Shown: positions 43,852-53,577 of the stretch, in pieces
How positions within the stretch are numbered: the stretch's first letter is position 1
Layout: each line of letters opens with the position of its first letter
NCBI GenBank assembly: GCA_945897075.1
Contig: CAMDEX010000003.1
Span: forward strand, 1,940-65,939
From: Litorilinea aerophila
GTDB taxonomy: Bacteria; Chloroflexota; Anaerolineae; Caldilineales; Caldilineaceae
Length of the DNA stretch: 64,000 nt
Direction: 5' to 3'
The notes under the pieces: generated by a model
What the model was told of the DNA's origin: nothing
Databases searched by the model: none
Seen by the model: the letters and a program-made list of their open reading frames with translations, nothing else
Translations under genes and position numbers: made by a program

Positions 43852-43986
43852 GTAGGGGCGCTGCTTGCTGCACCCGGCGGAAAGAGTAGAGTTTCGTAGG
43901 GGCGCTGCTTGCTGCGCCCGGCGGAAAAAGTAGAGTTCCGTAGGAGCGCTGCTTGCTGCGCCCGCAGGAAAGAGCAGCGCCCCTAC
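43852..43986. repeat. three tandem ~44-nt units, each with a GGGCGC..GCGCCC hairpin
   Basis: gtaggggcgctgcttgctgc.cccggcggaaa.agtagagtt.c x3. The last unit ends in agagcagcgcccctac, complementary to the unit start. Confidence 0.85.
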
Positions 43987-44014
43987 CGTATTCAACGAAG
44001 GACAGAAGGTAAAT

Positions 44015-45247
44015 ATGCCAACTGCAACCCACTTGCAGCGCTTCAACACCCGATCTGGTATGCGCATTCGTTCACTGCTGGGGGTGGCGTGGATAATCCT
44101 GCTGCTGTGCGGCTGTAGCGCATCCAGCGTGCAGCCGTCTACGCCAGTGCAGGAAAACACTCGTTCCGTCCCGCTGGTCACAAAAGCTGCGCAGGTCAAT
44201 GAGCGGTGGGTTGCTGATTTCGCCGCCTACATCCAGGACGAACAGGAGAAGGCACACATCCCCGGATTGGCGCTGGCTGTTGTCAATGGCGACGGCCCAC
44301 TTCTGCTGCAGGGCTACGGGCTGCGCGATGTGGAGAAGAAGCTGCCTGTGGACGCCGACACGCTCTTCCACATCGGCTCCACCCACAAATCCATGACCGC
44401 CCTGCTTGTCGCTACTCTTGTGGATGCGGGCGTGGTGGATTGGGACACGCCTGTCGTGCAAATCGCTCCGAATTTTCGCCTCTCCGACGCCGACGCCAGC
44501 GCAGCCGTGACATTCCGCCATCTGCTCAGTATGACCAGCGGCATCCCCGACGCGGCAGAGGAGGATTTGCCCGACGAACCCGGACTGAGTGACGTATTTG
44601 CTGTGGCAGCCGAGACGGAACTGCTGGGAATGCCGGGTGAAGTCTACAGCTACAGCAACATTTCGGCCTCGCTGGCGGGCTATCTGGCTGTGCTGGCTGC
44701 GGACAAAAACGCCGTCGATCTGCACGACGGCTACGCCCACCTGCTGCGCCAGCGCATCCTCGACCCGCTGGGAATGAAGAGCGCCACAATTTATATCAGC
44801 GAAGCCCAGCGCAACCGCAACTACTCGCTCGCCTATGACACCAGCGGCGACGCGGCGCAAGCGCTGGAACCCGAAGATACGGACGACGACGCCATGGCCC
44901 CCGCCGGTTCGCTCAAAGCCAGTGCGCGGGAGATGGCCCTCTATATGCAGATGCTGGTGAAGGGCGGCGTGGCTGCCAACGGAACACGCATCGTTTCGCA
45001 AGCAGCTCTGGCAGAGATGTGGACGCCTCTGCTGGAGGAGTACGGCCTGGGCTGGGAGATCGCAGAGGTGGACGGTCTGCGACTCGTAAGTCACACCGGC
45101 GCTTACGACGGTTTTGTCAGCGTAATCGGTCTGCTGCCCGAGGCCAAAGTTGGCTTTGTGCTGCTGGTCAACGAGGAAGAAGCGGGTGGAGATTTGACCG
45201 ACGCCGCGGCCCAGGCGTTCGCCGAACTCTACAAGGCGCGGCGATGA
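44015..45247 (+). CDS. serine hydrolase (beta-lactamase/PBP-like, class C family) lipoprotein
   Basis: Lipobox LLLCGCS. SxxK motif GSTHKS. YSN motif (YSYSNIS). Confidence 0.85.
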   Translation: MPTATHLQRFNTRSGMRIRSLLGVAWIILLLCGCSASSVQPSTPVQENTRSVPLVTKAAQVNERWVADFAAYIQDEQEKAHIPGLALAVVNGDGPLLLQGYGLRDVEKKLPVDADTLFHIGSTHKSMTALLVATLVDAGVVDWDTPVVQIAPNFRLSDADASAAVTFRHLLSMTSGIPDAAEEDLPDEPGLSDVFAVAAETELLGMPGEVYSYSNISASLAGYLAVLAADKNAVDLHDGYAHLLRQRILDPLGMKSATIYISEAQRNRNYSLAYDTSGDAAQALEPEDTDDDAMAPAGSLKASAREMALYMQMLVKGGVAANGTRIVSQAALAEMWTPLLEEYGLGWEIAEVDGLRLVSHTGAYDGFVSVIGLLPEAKVGFVLLVNEEEAGGDLTDAAAQAFAELYKARR

Positions 45248-45350
45248 GAGCTTTTTACGAACGGAGCGAACGGCGTCTTGCCCATTTTTTCGCTATAACC
45301 CGTTTGCCTCCGCGTTTCACTCCTTACATTCCCAAAGGTTCATCCACCCC

Positions 45351-46283
45351 GTGACATCACTGCCTACGCCATCCGCCATCGGCAAGCCGCTTTCCCTCGG
45401 TTCGCGCACCTCGCCGCTGGCGCTGTGGCAGAGCCGCCACGTGCTGGCCGCACTGCAAGCGGCCTGGCCGGGTCTGCAATGTGTGATTGTGCCTTTTGTC
45501 ACCCAGGGCGACCGGACGCTGGACCGTCCCCTACCGGAGATTGGCGGCAAAGGGCTGTTTACGCTGGAATTGGAAAACGGTCTACGCGACGGGCGCATCG
45601 CCCTGGCCGTGCATTCGCTAAAAGACCTGCCGGTTGACGACGCGCCCGGTCTGGCGCTGGGCGCGCTTGTGGGCCGGGCCGACGTGCGCGATGTGCTGGT
45701 GGCGAAGAACGGGCTGACACTGGACGAATTGCCCGCGGGCGCGTTGGTGGGGACAAGTAGTCTGCGCCGCCAGGCCCAATTGCTGGCTGTGCGCCCAGAC
45801 TTGACAATCCGCTCGATTCGCGGCAATGTGGAAACCCGCATCCACAAGGCTCTGCACGGGGAGTACGACGCCACAGTTTTGGCCGCGGCTGGCCTCACCC
45901 GTCTGGGGTTGGACGCACAGATCAGCCAGTGGCTGCCGCTGGATGTGATGCTGCCCGCGCCGGGGCAGGGCGCATTGGCTGTCCAGTGTCGGGCCGACGA
46001 CGCGACGACGCTGGGGCTGCTGGCTGCCATCCACAACGACGCAGTGGCCCAGGCGGTGAGCGCGGAACGGGCTTTCCTTTCCGGTTTGGGCGGGGGCTGT
46101 TCCGTGCCGGTGGCCGCCTACGCCACAGTCAACGACGGGACAATCCATCTGCGCGGCCTCGTCGCCACGCCCGATGGCCGCCGCATCATTCGCGTGGAGG
46201 GCAGAGGCCCATCTCCACAGGAATTGGGCGCGGCCCTGGCCGAGGAGGCCAAATCCCAGGGCGCGCTGGAACTGATTGGATGA
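45351..46283 (+). CDS. hemC: hydroxymethylbilane synthase (porphobilinogen deaminase)
   Basis: [41 protein letters not shown]. Confidence 0.95.
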   Translation: MTSLPTPSAIGKPLSLGSRTSPLALWQSRHVLAALQAAWPGLQCVIVPFVTQGDRTLDRPLPEIGGKGLFTLELENGLRDGRIALAVHSLKDLPVDDAPGLALGALVGRADVRDVLVAKNGLTLDELPAGALVGTSSLRRQAQLLAVRPDLTIRSIRGNVETRIHKALHGEYDATVLAAAGLTRLGLDAQISQWLPLDVMLPAPGQGALAVQCRADDATTLGLLAAIHNDAVAQAVSAERAFLSGLGGGCSVPVAAYATVNDGTIHLRGLVATPDGRRIIRVEGRGPSPQELGAALAEEAKSQGALELIG

Positions 46284-46290
46284 ATTCTCG

Positions 46291-46405
46291 TTCCCACGCT
46301 CTGCGTGGGAATGCAAACACGACGCTCTGCGTCGAAGTCTGCGCTATATCAGTGGACAATTTGGGACGCAGAGCGTCCAGCAGACGTGCCCACGCAGAGC
46401 GTGGG
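46291..46405. repeat. composite palindrome of four small hairpins (NACGC-NNN-GCGTN) in the hemC-hemB spacer
   Basis: TTCCCACGCtctGCGTGGGAA, CGACGCtctGCGTCG, GGACGCagaGCGTCC, CCCACGCagaGCGTGGG. The outer and inner pairs are reverse complements of each other. Confidence 0.85.
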
Positions 46406-46422
46406 TACGAGTGAGGAGAGCT

Positions 46423-47403
46423 ATGCCATTCCCGACAATTCGCCCCCGCCGTCTGCGCCACACCCCGGCCCTACGCCGGATGGTAGCGGAGACGACTCTC
46501 GACCCGACCGATTTTATCTACCCCCTCTTTATCCAGCACGGGGAAAACCAGCGTATTCCCATCCGTTCTATGCCCGGCCAGTCTCGCCTCTCTGTAGACC
46601 AGTTGGCCGGGGAAGCCGCCGAACTGAAAAGTCTGGGCGTGCCTGCGGTGGTCCTCTTCGGCCTGCCTGCCCACAAAGACCCGGTGGGGCTGGAGAATTT
46701 CGCCGATGACGGTATTGTGCAGCAGGCCATCCGCGCCCTGAAGCAGGCCAACCCGGATCTGGTGGTTATCACCGACGTCTGTCTGTGCGAGTATACGGAT
46801 CACGGCCACTGCGGGCTGCTCGACAAGAATGGCTACGTCCTCAACGACGAAACGCTGGAAATTTTGCAGAGGGTCGTCGTCTCCCACGCCCGCTGCGGCG
46901 CGGACATTGTGGCCCCCAGCGGGATGATTGACGGGATGGTAGCGGCCATCCGCGGCGCGCTGGACGGGGAAGGCTACAGCCATCTGGCGGTACTTTCTTA
47001 TGCGGTGAAGTATGCGTCGGCCTTCTACGGCCCCTTCCGCGAGGCAGCGGACGGCGCGCCCCGCTTCGGGGATCGCAAATCTCACCAGATGGACCCGGCC
47101 AACGCCGCCGAAGCGCTGCGCGAGGCCGCTTTGGACGTGGCAGAGGGCGCTGATTTTCTGATGGTCAAACCCGCTCTGGCCTATCTGGACGTGATCCGCC
47201 GCGTGAAGGAGCGCTTCCCGGAGCTGCCCCTGGCCGCCTACAACGTCAGCGGTGAGTACGCGATGCTCAAAGCGGCCAGCGCCAACGGCTGGCTGGACGA
47301 GCAGCGGGCGATCCTGGAGACCCTCACCGGCATCCGTCGCGCCGGGGCCGATCTGATCTTGACCTATCACGCCAAAGAAGCGGCGGGGTGGTTGGATAGT
47401 TGA
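46423..47403 (+). CDS. hemB: porphobilinogen synthase (delta-aminolevulinate dehydratase)
   Basis: Start refined to the ATG at 46423 (SD GAGGAGAG); the ORF-track start reads through a hairpin cluster. RPRRLR, Zn-type [14 protein letters not shown], active-site MVKPA. Confidence 0.95.
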   Translation: MPFPTIRPRRLRHTPALRRMVAETTLDPTDFIYPLFIQHGENQRIPIRSMPGQSRLSVDQLAGEAAELKSLGVPAVVLFGLPAHKDPVGLENFADDGIVQQAIRALKQANPDLVVITDVCLCEYTDHGHCGLLDKNGYVLNDETLEILQRVVVSHARCGADIVAPSGMIDGMVAAIRGALDGEGYSHLAVLSYAVKYASAFYGPFREAADGAPRFGDRKSHQMDPANAAEALREAALDVAEGADFLMVKPALAYLDVIRRVKERFPELPLAAYNVSGEYAMLKAASANGWLDEQRAILETLTGIRRAGADLILTYHAKEAAGWLDS

Positions 47404-47432
47404 TATTGGGATGGCGGTGTGGCGAGAGGTTA

Positions 47433-47753
47433 TCAGTGAACAGTAATCAATGGTGTAACAACTGACGCGATGCGGTCAAGGACGGGCTGTTCGGTCTGCT
47501 GTGCGTGGTAGAGATCCCAGCGCAGTTGCAGGTTCATCCAAAAATCTGGCGTCATCCCGAAGAACTGGGCCAGACGCAGAGCCGTGCCCGGTGTGATGCC
47601 CCGCTTGCCGTTGACGATTTCATTCACCCGCTGGTAGGACGTTTCGATGCCGTCTGCCAGTTGGCGTTGGGTGATGCCCAGGGGCAGGAGGAACTCTTCC
47701 CGCAGCATTTCGCCGGGGTGGGTTGGGACGCGGTGGGTGGGGATGCGGATCAT
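47433..47753 (-). CDS. higA: HigA-family antitoxin (XRE HTH)
   Basis: 106 aa. HPGEMLREEFL.PLGITQRQLADGI....VNEIVNGKRGITPGTALRLAQFFG. Confidence 0.85.
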   Translation of the reverse strand: MIRIPTHRVPTHPGEMLREEFLLPLGITQRQLADGIETSYQRVNEIVNGKRGITPGTALRLAQFFGMTPDFWMNLQLRWDLYHAQQTEQPVLDRIASVVTPLITVH

Positions 47754-47772
47754 AACTATTTCACCTTTTGCT

Positions 47773-48066
47773 CTAGTGATAATCAACGATCTCGACTTCA
47801 GCAGGCCCTTTGTCGGTCCATACGAAACAGATTCGGTACTGATCGTTGATGCGTATGCTATATTGTCCGGTTCGGTCAGCCCGCAACGCTTCCAAGCGAT
47901 TACCCGGAGGCACGCGCAACTCGTTGAGAAGGACAACAGAGTCCAATTGCTCAAGTCTGCGTGCCGCGATGCGCCACAGCGATTGAGGACAGGTGGCCCT
48001 CGCCTGGCGGGAGTTGACACCGTTGAATATATCTTCGGTTGCCGCATCCCTGAATGACTGAACCAT
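47773..48066 (-). CDS. higB: HigB toxin (RelE/ParE superfamily, plasmid-maintenance-killer type)
   Basis: 97 aa. FRDAATEDIFNG...LRVPPGNRLEALRADRTGQYSIRINDQYRICF. Toxin-first order is typical of HigBA. Confidence 0.85.
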   Translation of the reverse strand: MVQSFRDAATEDIFNGVNSRQARATCPQSLWRIAARRLEQLDSVVLLNELRVPPGNRLEALRADRTGQYSIRINDQYRICFVWTDKGPAEVEIVDYH

Positions 48067-48160
48067 AGCACCACTATAGCATGGATACCGTGTTACGTCA
48101 AGCGCGAAAATGCTCTGCTATTTTGAATTTGCAGAAGTGTTCAGAGAGGGTAAAGAAGCT

Positions 48161-48460
48161 ATGAGTGTCATCTACATAGAAGCCAACGGGGATGCTAGAC
48201 AGGTACGCCAACTGGTGCGGTCAGCGATTGACGGTGAAATTGCCAAATTACAATTGGCGCTGCTATTGGCGCAGAAGCGGTTGCTGCCCTTTGAGGAAAA
48301 ATATGGCGTTCTATCAGAGCAGTTCACCGCCGAAATGACAGCGGAAGACCTGACCGGCGGGGATGATGAATATGTGCGCTGGGCTGGCGAATATCGGTTG
48401 AGGGAGCGTCTGCAAGGTAAACTGCAAAAACTATTCTCCTTTACTCCAGAATCTCAATAA
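48161..48460 (+). CDS. hypothetical small protein (antitoxin-like helical protein, no partner nearby)
   Basis: 99 aa from the ATG at 48161. ..LLPFEEKYGVLSEQFTAEMTAEDLTGGDDEYVRWAGEY.. resembles small orphan TA-associated helical proteins. No named domain recognised. Confidence 0.45.
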   Translation: MSVIYIEANGDARQVRQLVRSAIDGEIAKLQLALLLAQKRLLPFEEKYGVLSEQFTAEMTAEDLTGGDDEYVRWAGEYRLRERLQGKLQKLFSFTPESQ

Positions 48461-49214
48461 TCGTCGGCACAAAGCGCAATTCACCGATGCGCACAAGTAG
48501 CAGAAAGAAACGCAGCAGGCGTCCCGGCGGGACGAGCAGAGCGCCCAGAACGGCGATCTCCTGATCCAGTCTGGCGATGCGGCCCGCTTGCGCATCCGGC
48601 GGCAGCAGGGCCAACTCTTCAGCCAGCAGCCAGGCATGGCCGCGTGTCAGCCACATCCCCACATTGGCCAGCCCCTCGTCGCTCTCACCCACAAAGCGAT
48701 CCAGCAGACGCAGCAGCGGCCAGACTTCCGTCAACTCCTCTTGGGTCTCCTGGACAAGCGCAGCCAGAATCGCGTTGATTTTGAAGAAATCCGACTTCAC
48801 ACCAGCCAATGCGCCCGGCGGCACGCAGGCCACCGCCGCGATGCCCAAGTCCATATTGATGTGGGCGTTCATCCCCAACAACAGGTGTTGCAGGACGATA
48901 GGCCACCACTGCTCCGCTGTCTCGAAAGCCAGACGCCAGGCGCGGGGGGTGCTTTCCCGGTCGGACTGATAGCGTTCCAGCGCGTCCAGATAGCGGTTGG
49001 CGAAGATCACATCCAACCGCTCCATGCGTGGGCCATCCGCAAAGCTGCCGTCGGCAATGCCCTGTTTGACGGCGCGGGTGACTTTGCGATAGAGCGCGGC
49101 AAAGTAGCCCAGACGGCTGCTGTTCTGTTTGGCCCATTCGATCACCCGATCCAGCGAGAGCAGCACGCCGTCAATGGTTGCGGCCTGTAAGTTTTGCAAA
49201 GGGTCTGGGTGCAT
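48441..49214 (-). CDS. DUF5995-like protein
   Basis: Start refined to the ATG at 49214. YFAALYRKVTRAV...RMERLDVIFANRYLDA...LLGMNAHINMDLG matches my recollection of DUF5995. Confidence 0.65.
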   Translation of the reverse strand: MHPDPLQNLQAATIDGVLLSLDRVIEWAKQNSSRLGYFAALYRKVTRAVKQGIADGSFADGPRMERLDVIFANRYLDALERYQSDRESTPRAWRLAFETAEQWWPIVLQHLLLGMNAHINMDLGIAAVACVPPGALAGVKSDFFKINAILAALVQETQEELTEVWPLLRLLDRFVGESDEGLANVGMWLTRGHAWLLAEELALLPPDAQAGRIARLDQEIAVLGALLVPPGRLLRFFLLLVRIGELRFVPTIIEILE

Positions 49215-49242
49215 TTTGACTCTCCGTCTGGGAGCGACAACG

Positions 49243-49314
49243 AACATAAAGTCGTAGGTTGGGTTCTCCCGGCGCAGGCTGGTCTGGTAGATGGCGCTCT
49301 CTTGCCGGGAGAAC
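49243..49314. repeat. hairpin element with a 21-bp perfect stem (CGTAGGTTGGGTTCTCCCGGC) and 30-nt loop
   Basis: Arms at 49243-49263 and 49294-49314 are exact reverse complements. Lies in the divergent spacer upstream of the 1287-aa gene. Confidence 0.9.
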
Positions 49315-49573
49315 CCAACCTACGAACGGGAGCGACAACGGCACAAAGTGGGAGAAGAGGCGGCAGGTATCATGCCATTTTTGGGGTTTTTGCGCAACCC
49401 AGATTGCGCAACGCCCCGCTGAAGGTGGATGCGAGCGGCGAAGCATTGCTTATTCGTTGGCAAATCATCAGTTTGCAGGGGTTGACGGGCAAAATTTGTC
49501 GGTGTATAGTGTAACCTACCCAATGTACGCAGTTGCATCCCCTTTTGCTTCAATTAGATAACCCGGAGGAATT

Positions 49574-52500
49574 ATGCCAGTAGCCATGCGCAAAATCCGT
49601 ATGCCCAGATTGTTTGGAGTGCTTCTGTTGTGCAGCCTCGTATTGGCTGGATTGGTGCAGGTGGGCCGCATCTATGCGTCGCCCTCTGCTCTGCCCCCGC
49701 TCAAAAATAGCCTGCCTGCCCCGCTTGCCCAAGAACCGCAGCCGGCATCGATCCCATCCTCTCAAACGACACCCATCATCAATGGCTCGTGTGACGCAGA
49801 CGGGGAATACAAGGATGCACTCGTCCTCAACTTCCAGGACGGCGGGCAGTTCCAGGGCCAGGTGCGGGTGCAACATAACGGCCAGATGCTCTACGTCTGT
49901 ATGAATGGAGCGCCTGGCAGCTTGGAGGAACGTTTCGTCAGCGTCTACCTGGACAGGGACAACGCGGCCGAAGCGGTGGCCGAAGAAGACGATTACTCCC
50001 TGCGCGTGGAGGTGATCACGAACCTTCTGAGCAATTTGCAGGGCAACGGCACGCCCGATGGCTACCAACCCAATACAGTAAACGGCTGGACTGCCGCTGC
50101 CACGACAGGACGCATTGGGGATCAGGCCGAATACGCCATCCCGCTGGAGATCGTTTCGTTGGAACTGAACGGTGGTCTCTGCAATGCCCACTTCGGGCTG
50201 GCCGTCTATCACCACTGGCTCACCGATCAGGGCGAAGATTACGGGATGCCCTCCAGCCAATACTTCGACCAGCCCCAGACCTGGCAGCCGGCGGTCTTGG
50301 ACACGGGCAAACCTTGCGACCCACCAACCGCAACACCCACTTCAACGCCGACCCCGACGTCCACCGGCGAACCGGCCACAGACACACCCACGGCTACACC
50401 CACAGACGTCGACGCCACGCCCACACCGCCGGGCACGCCAGACCTGGGCGACGCGCCCGATTCCACCAACGGGTCTGAGACGGCGATGTCGGCCTATCCC
50501 GGCGTGTCGGCCGCTTTCCCGTCGGTCTTCCAGGCCGGTTCGCCCCCCTATGGCCCCTACCACAGAAACTATCCGCTCCTTTTCCATCTGGGCAAAGAGA
50601 TCAGCCGGGAATTCGAGGCGGACAGCGGCCCGGACGACGACGGCGTCAACAACATCAACCCCAAAACGGATGTTTCCGACCGCGACGGTTTCGACGACGG
50701 CGTGCCCCAGGGCTTTCCCAGCTTCACACCTTGCACCTATCAAGAGTTCAACTACGAAGTGCGGGCCTATGCCGGCGCGCCGGAGAAGGTCTATGTGAAT
50801 GTCTGGGTGGACTGGGATCAGAATGGCAAATGGGGCGAATTATTCCAATGTTTCATTGGAGATGTGGGCATCGCCGTAAGCGAATGGGCGGTGGAGAACC
50901 AGGAGGTTGCGCTCTCCGGTTCAGGCAGCTTCAGCTATACGACACCATCTATCATTTCTTTTCCGGGCGATCCAAATAAGGGACGCTGGCTGCGTATCAG
51001 CGTCAGCAGCGAACCTGCCACCAACTCCGACGGCAGCGGCCCGGAAACGGGCTATCAATACGGCGAGACGGAAGATTATCTCCTGCCCGGCAAACAGCCG
51101 ACGCCGACGCCAACCACGACAGCGACGGGGACGGACACGCCCACCATCACACCGACACCCACAAACACGACGACGCCGACCGAAACACCGACTGCTACAA
51201 ATACGCCGACGGCCAGCAATACCCCGACGCGCACGCCGACACCGACGCATACGCATACGCCGACGCGCACGCCGACACCCACCCGTACACCGACACGCAC
51301 ACCGACGCATACACCCACAAACACGCCGACCCGTACACCCACCGCCACGCCCATCATTCTGGATCTGCGCGTGGTCAACATCGAGATCAACCAGGGCATC
51401 CAAAACCTGGCCAGCAATGTGCCGCTGACCGCAGGCAAAGACACCTTTGTGCGCGTCTATCCCATCAGCACAGGCCAGAACGCGTCGCCGGTCTTTGCCC
51501 GTCTGCGCGGTTTCCGCAATGGCGCAGAACTGGCTGGCTCGCCCCTCTCCCCCGTCAACGGTTCGATTGGGGTCTTCACAGGCGGGGCCGACCGCAGCAA
51601 CCTGGGCGCTACCTACAACTTCTGGCTACCCGCCAGTTGGCGCACAGGGACAGTCACATTGCAGGCCGAAATTGATCCCTTCAATGCCCGCCCGGAGAAC
51701 AACGAGGGCAACAACACCTTCTCTATCGTGCGTGGCTTTGGCAACCAGGAACCCATCTGTGTGGTGGTGCGGCCTGTGCGCACAAATGGCTCCCACTACA
51801 CGACCGCCAGCCCCGGTTTCTGGAGTGTGATTGGCCGCTTCCAGACTCTCTGGCCGCTGGCCGACTTCCGCTACTACCAGAATGCCAGCCGGATGGAACG
51901 GCCCTGCGGCTTCCTCTGGCTCTCCAAGTGCCCCTGGGAATTGCCCGGCCAGTCGGACGAGCTGATGTTCCATCTGATTACGTGGAACACCTTCACCTCT
52001 AACCCGGCCGGCTGCAACAGTTCGGGGGCCGCCACCCACTATATGGGAATGGTCAGCCCCGACACCAACACGGGGAATAATCTGGGCTATGCCAACTATG
52101 CCATCGGTTCTTCTTACGTAAAGATGGAGAGCGGCGGCGGCGGCTTCAACAGCGATCGCGGCGGCGGCACAATGGCCCAGGAGTTGGCCCACAACTACAA
52201 CGGCGTTTTCGGCAGCCGCTGGAAGCACGTCAACTGTGGCAACCCCGGCGATCTGAACAACAGCTACCCCTACCCCGGCTGTCAGATCGCCCAGATAGGC
52301 ACATCCAACCACTATGGCTACGACACGCGCAGCAACCAGGTGATTGCTCCCAACGGCGCGGCGGACTTTATGTCCTACGGCGGCACAAAGTGGGTCTCGG
52401 ATTATACGTGGACAGGTCTGCAGAACCGGGCGCTGGTCTCGGTGGCAGAGGCCGACGCCAGCGATGCCCTGACCCGCATCCTCGCCAGCGATGAGATGCT

Positions 52501-53437
52501 CATCATCGGCGGTGTGATTACGCCCACCACCCAGTCCGCCCTGCTCTTCCCGGCCTATCGGGTAGCACCGACGATGCTGGACCGCACAAAGCTGAAGCAG
52601 GCGGTGGAGGCACAGTTCGTGCCGCGCACCCACCCTCATCCGTTGGCCGATCCCGCTTATAGCCTGGACTTCCTCAATGCCCAGGGCGGGCTGATCGCCA
52701 GCGAACCTGTGACACCCACCGAAGCCTTCGAGCACAGCCCCAGCCAGGTACTCTTTGTGACAGTGCCCTTCCACGCGGGCACAGCCACCATCCGTTTGAC
52801 CCAGGACGGGCAAGCTATCGCGGCCATGCCGGTGAGCGGCAACGCACCGACTGTGCAGATCACATCGCCCAACGGCGGCGAGACTGTCAACGGCCCGTTG
52901 ACCATCGAGTGGACGGCCAGCGACGCCGACCAGGACACCCTCTACTATCTGGTGCAATACAGCGTGGACGGCGGCAGCAACTGGGAGACGTTGGTCAATA
53001 TGCACACAACGACCAGTTTTGTGCTCAGCGACACGACTACCCTGCAGGGCAGCGGCCAGGCCCGCATCCGGGTCACAGCCAGCGACGGGGTGAACACCGG
53101 CTCGGACACCTCCGACGCCAACTTCACCGTCAGCGACAAGCAACCGCTGCCCCACATAGACAGCCCGGCGGACGGCACGCAACTGCTCGTCACCGATGTG
53201 GTTGTCACTGGCGGGGCCTACGACCCGGAAGATGGCAATCTGGGCGACGCAGGGCTGAGTTGGACGGTGGACGGCAACGCGGCTGGCACAGGCGCACAGG
53301 TAACACTCAGCGCTCTGGCGACAGGCCAACACACAGTCGTTCTCACCGCCACGGACAGCCAGAACAACCAGGCAACGACCAGTCTGACCTTCTGGGTGGG
53401 CAGCGCGCTCTGGCTGCCCGCGATTGAACGGCAGTAA
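49574..53437 (+). CDS. very large secreted protein: N-terminal carbohydrate-binding-like domain, GEVED-like domain, Thr/Pro linkers, degenerate metalloprotease-like region, C-terminal Ig-like repeats
   Basis: 1287 aa. Signal/anchor [24 protein letters not shown]...DDGV...[10 protein letters not shown]...YGETEDY (GEVED-like). ~85-aa TP-rich linker. [10 protein letters not shown] at nt 52178-52192. Two Ig-like repeats at the C-terminus. Confidence 0.9.
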   Translation: MPVAMRKIRMPRLFGVLLLCSLVLAGLVQVGRIYASPSALPPLKNSLPAPLAQEPQPASIPSSQTTPIINGSCDADGEYKDALVLNFQDGGQFQGQVRVQHNGQMLYVCMNGAPGSLEERFVSVYLDRDNAAEAVAEEDDYSLRVEVITNLLSNLQGNGTPDGYQPNTVNGWTAAATTGRIGDQAEYAIPLEIVSLELNGGLCNAHFGLAVYHHWLTDQGEDYGMPSSQYFDQPQTWQPAVLDTGKPCDPPTATPTSTPTPTSTGEPATDTPTATPTDVDATPTPPGTPDLGDAPDSTNGSETAMSAYPGVSAAFPSVFQAGSPPYGPYHRNYPLLFHLGKEISREFEADSGPDDDGVNNINPKTDVSDRDGFDDGVPQGFPSFTPCTYQEFNYEVRAYAGAPEKVYVNVWVDWDQNGKWGELFQCFIGDVGIAVSEWAVENQEVALSGSGSFSYTTPSIISFPGDPNKGRWLRISVSSEPATNSDGSGPETGYQYGETEDYLLPGKQPTPTPTTTATGTDTPTITPTPTNTTTPTETPTATNTPTASNTPTRTPTPTHTHTPTRTPTPTRTPTRTPTHTPTNTPTRTPTATPIILDLRVVNIEINQGIQNLASNVPLTAGKDTFVRVYPISTGQNASPVFARLRGFRNGAELAGSPLSPVNGSIGVFTGGADRSNLGATYNFWLPASWRTGTVTLQAEIDPFNARPENNEGNNTFSIVRGFGNQEPICVVVRPVRTNGSHYTTASPGFWSVIGRFQTLWPLADFRYYQNASRMERPCGFLWLSKCPWELPGQSDELMFHLITWNTFTSNPAGCNSSGAATHYMGMVSPDTNTGNNLGYANYAIGSSYVKMESGGGGFNSDRGGGTMAQELAHNYNGVFGSRWKHVNCGNPGDLNNSYPYPGCQIAQIGTSNHYGYDTRSNQVIAPNGAADFMSYGGTKWVSDYTWTGLQNRALVSVAEADASDALTRILASDEMLIIGGVITPTTQSALLFPAYRVAPTMLDRTKLKQAVEAQFVPRTHPHPLADPAYSLDFLNAQGGLIASEPVTPTEAFEHSPSQVLFVTVPFHAGTATIRLTQDGQAIAAMPVSGNAPTVQITSPNGGETVNGPLTIEWTASDADQDTLYYLVQYSVDGGSNWETLVNMHTTTSFVLSDTTTLQGSGQARIRVTASDGVNTGSDTSDANFTVSDKQPLPHIDSPADGTQLLVTDVVVTGGAYDPEDGNLGDAGLSWTVDGNAAGTGAQVTLSALATGQHTVVLTATDSQNNQATTSLTFWVGSALWLPAIERQ
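51094..51350 (+). other. Thr/Pro-rich linker-coding low-complexity region inside the 1287-aa gene
   Basis: Encodes [85 protein letters not shown]. Confidence 0.9.
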
Positions 53438-53446
53438 GTAGTTCCA

Positions 53447-53517
53447 GTAGGTTGGGTTCTTCCGGCACAAACGGCAAGTCATTCCTATCTGACTTCTGCC
53501 GGAAGAACCCAACCTAC
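53447..53517. repeat. second copy of the same hairpin family (GTAGGTTGGGTTCTTCCGGC, 20-bp perfect stem, 31-nt loop)
   Basis: Arms at 53447-53466 and 53498-53517. Starts 10 nt after the stop of the 1287-aa gene. Confidence 0.9.
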
Positions 53518-53530
53518 GGCTGCCGCAGAT

Positions 53531-53571
53531 AAAAAGTCCCCGGCACTGCGGAAAGTGCCGGGGACTTTTTT
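53531..53571. terminator. bidirectional hairpin terminator between convergent genes
   Basis: AAAAAGTCCCCGGCACT-gcggaa-AGTGCCGGGGACTTTTTT, with an A-tract upstream and a T-tract downstream. Confidence 0.85.
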
Positions 53572-53577
53572 GTCACC

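Noticed and set aside
51094-51350. Nucleotide-level repeats inside the 1287-aa gene as a non-coding tandem array.
   Set aside because: They encode a continuous Thr/Pro-rich linker in the same frame as the flanking domains.
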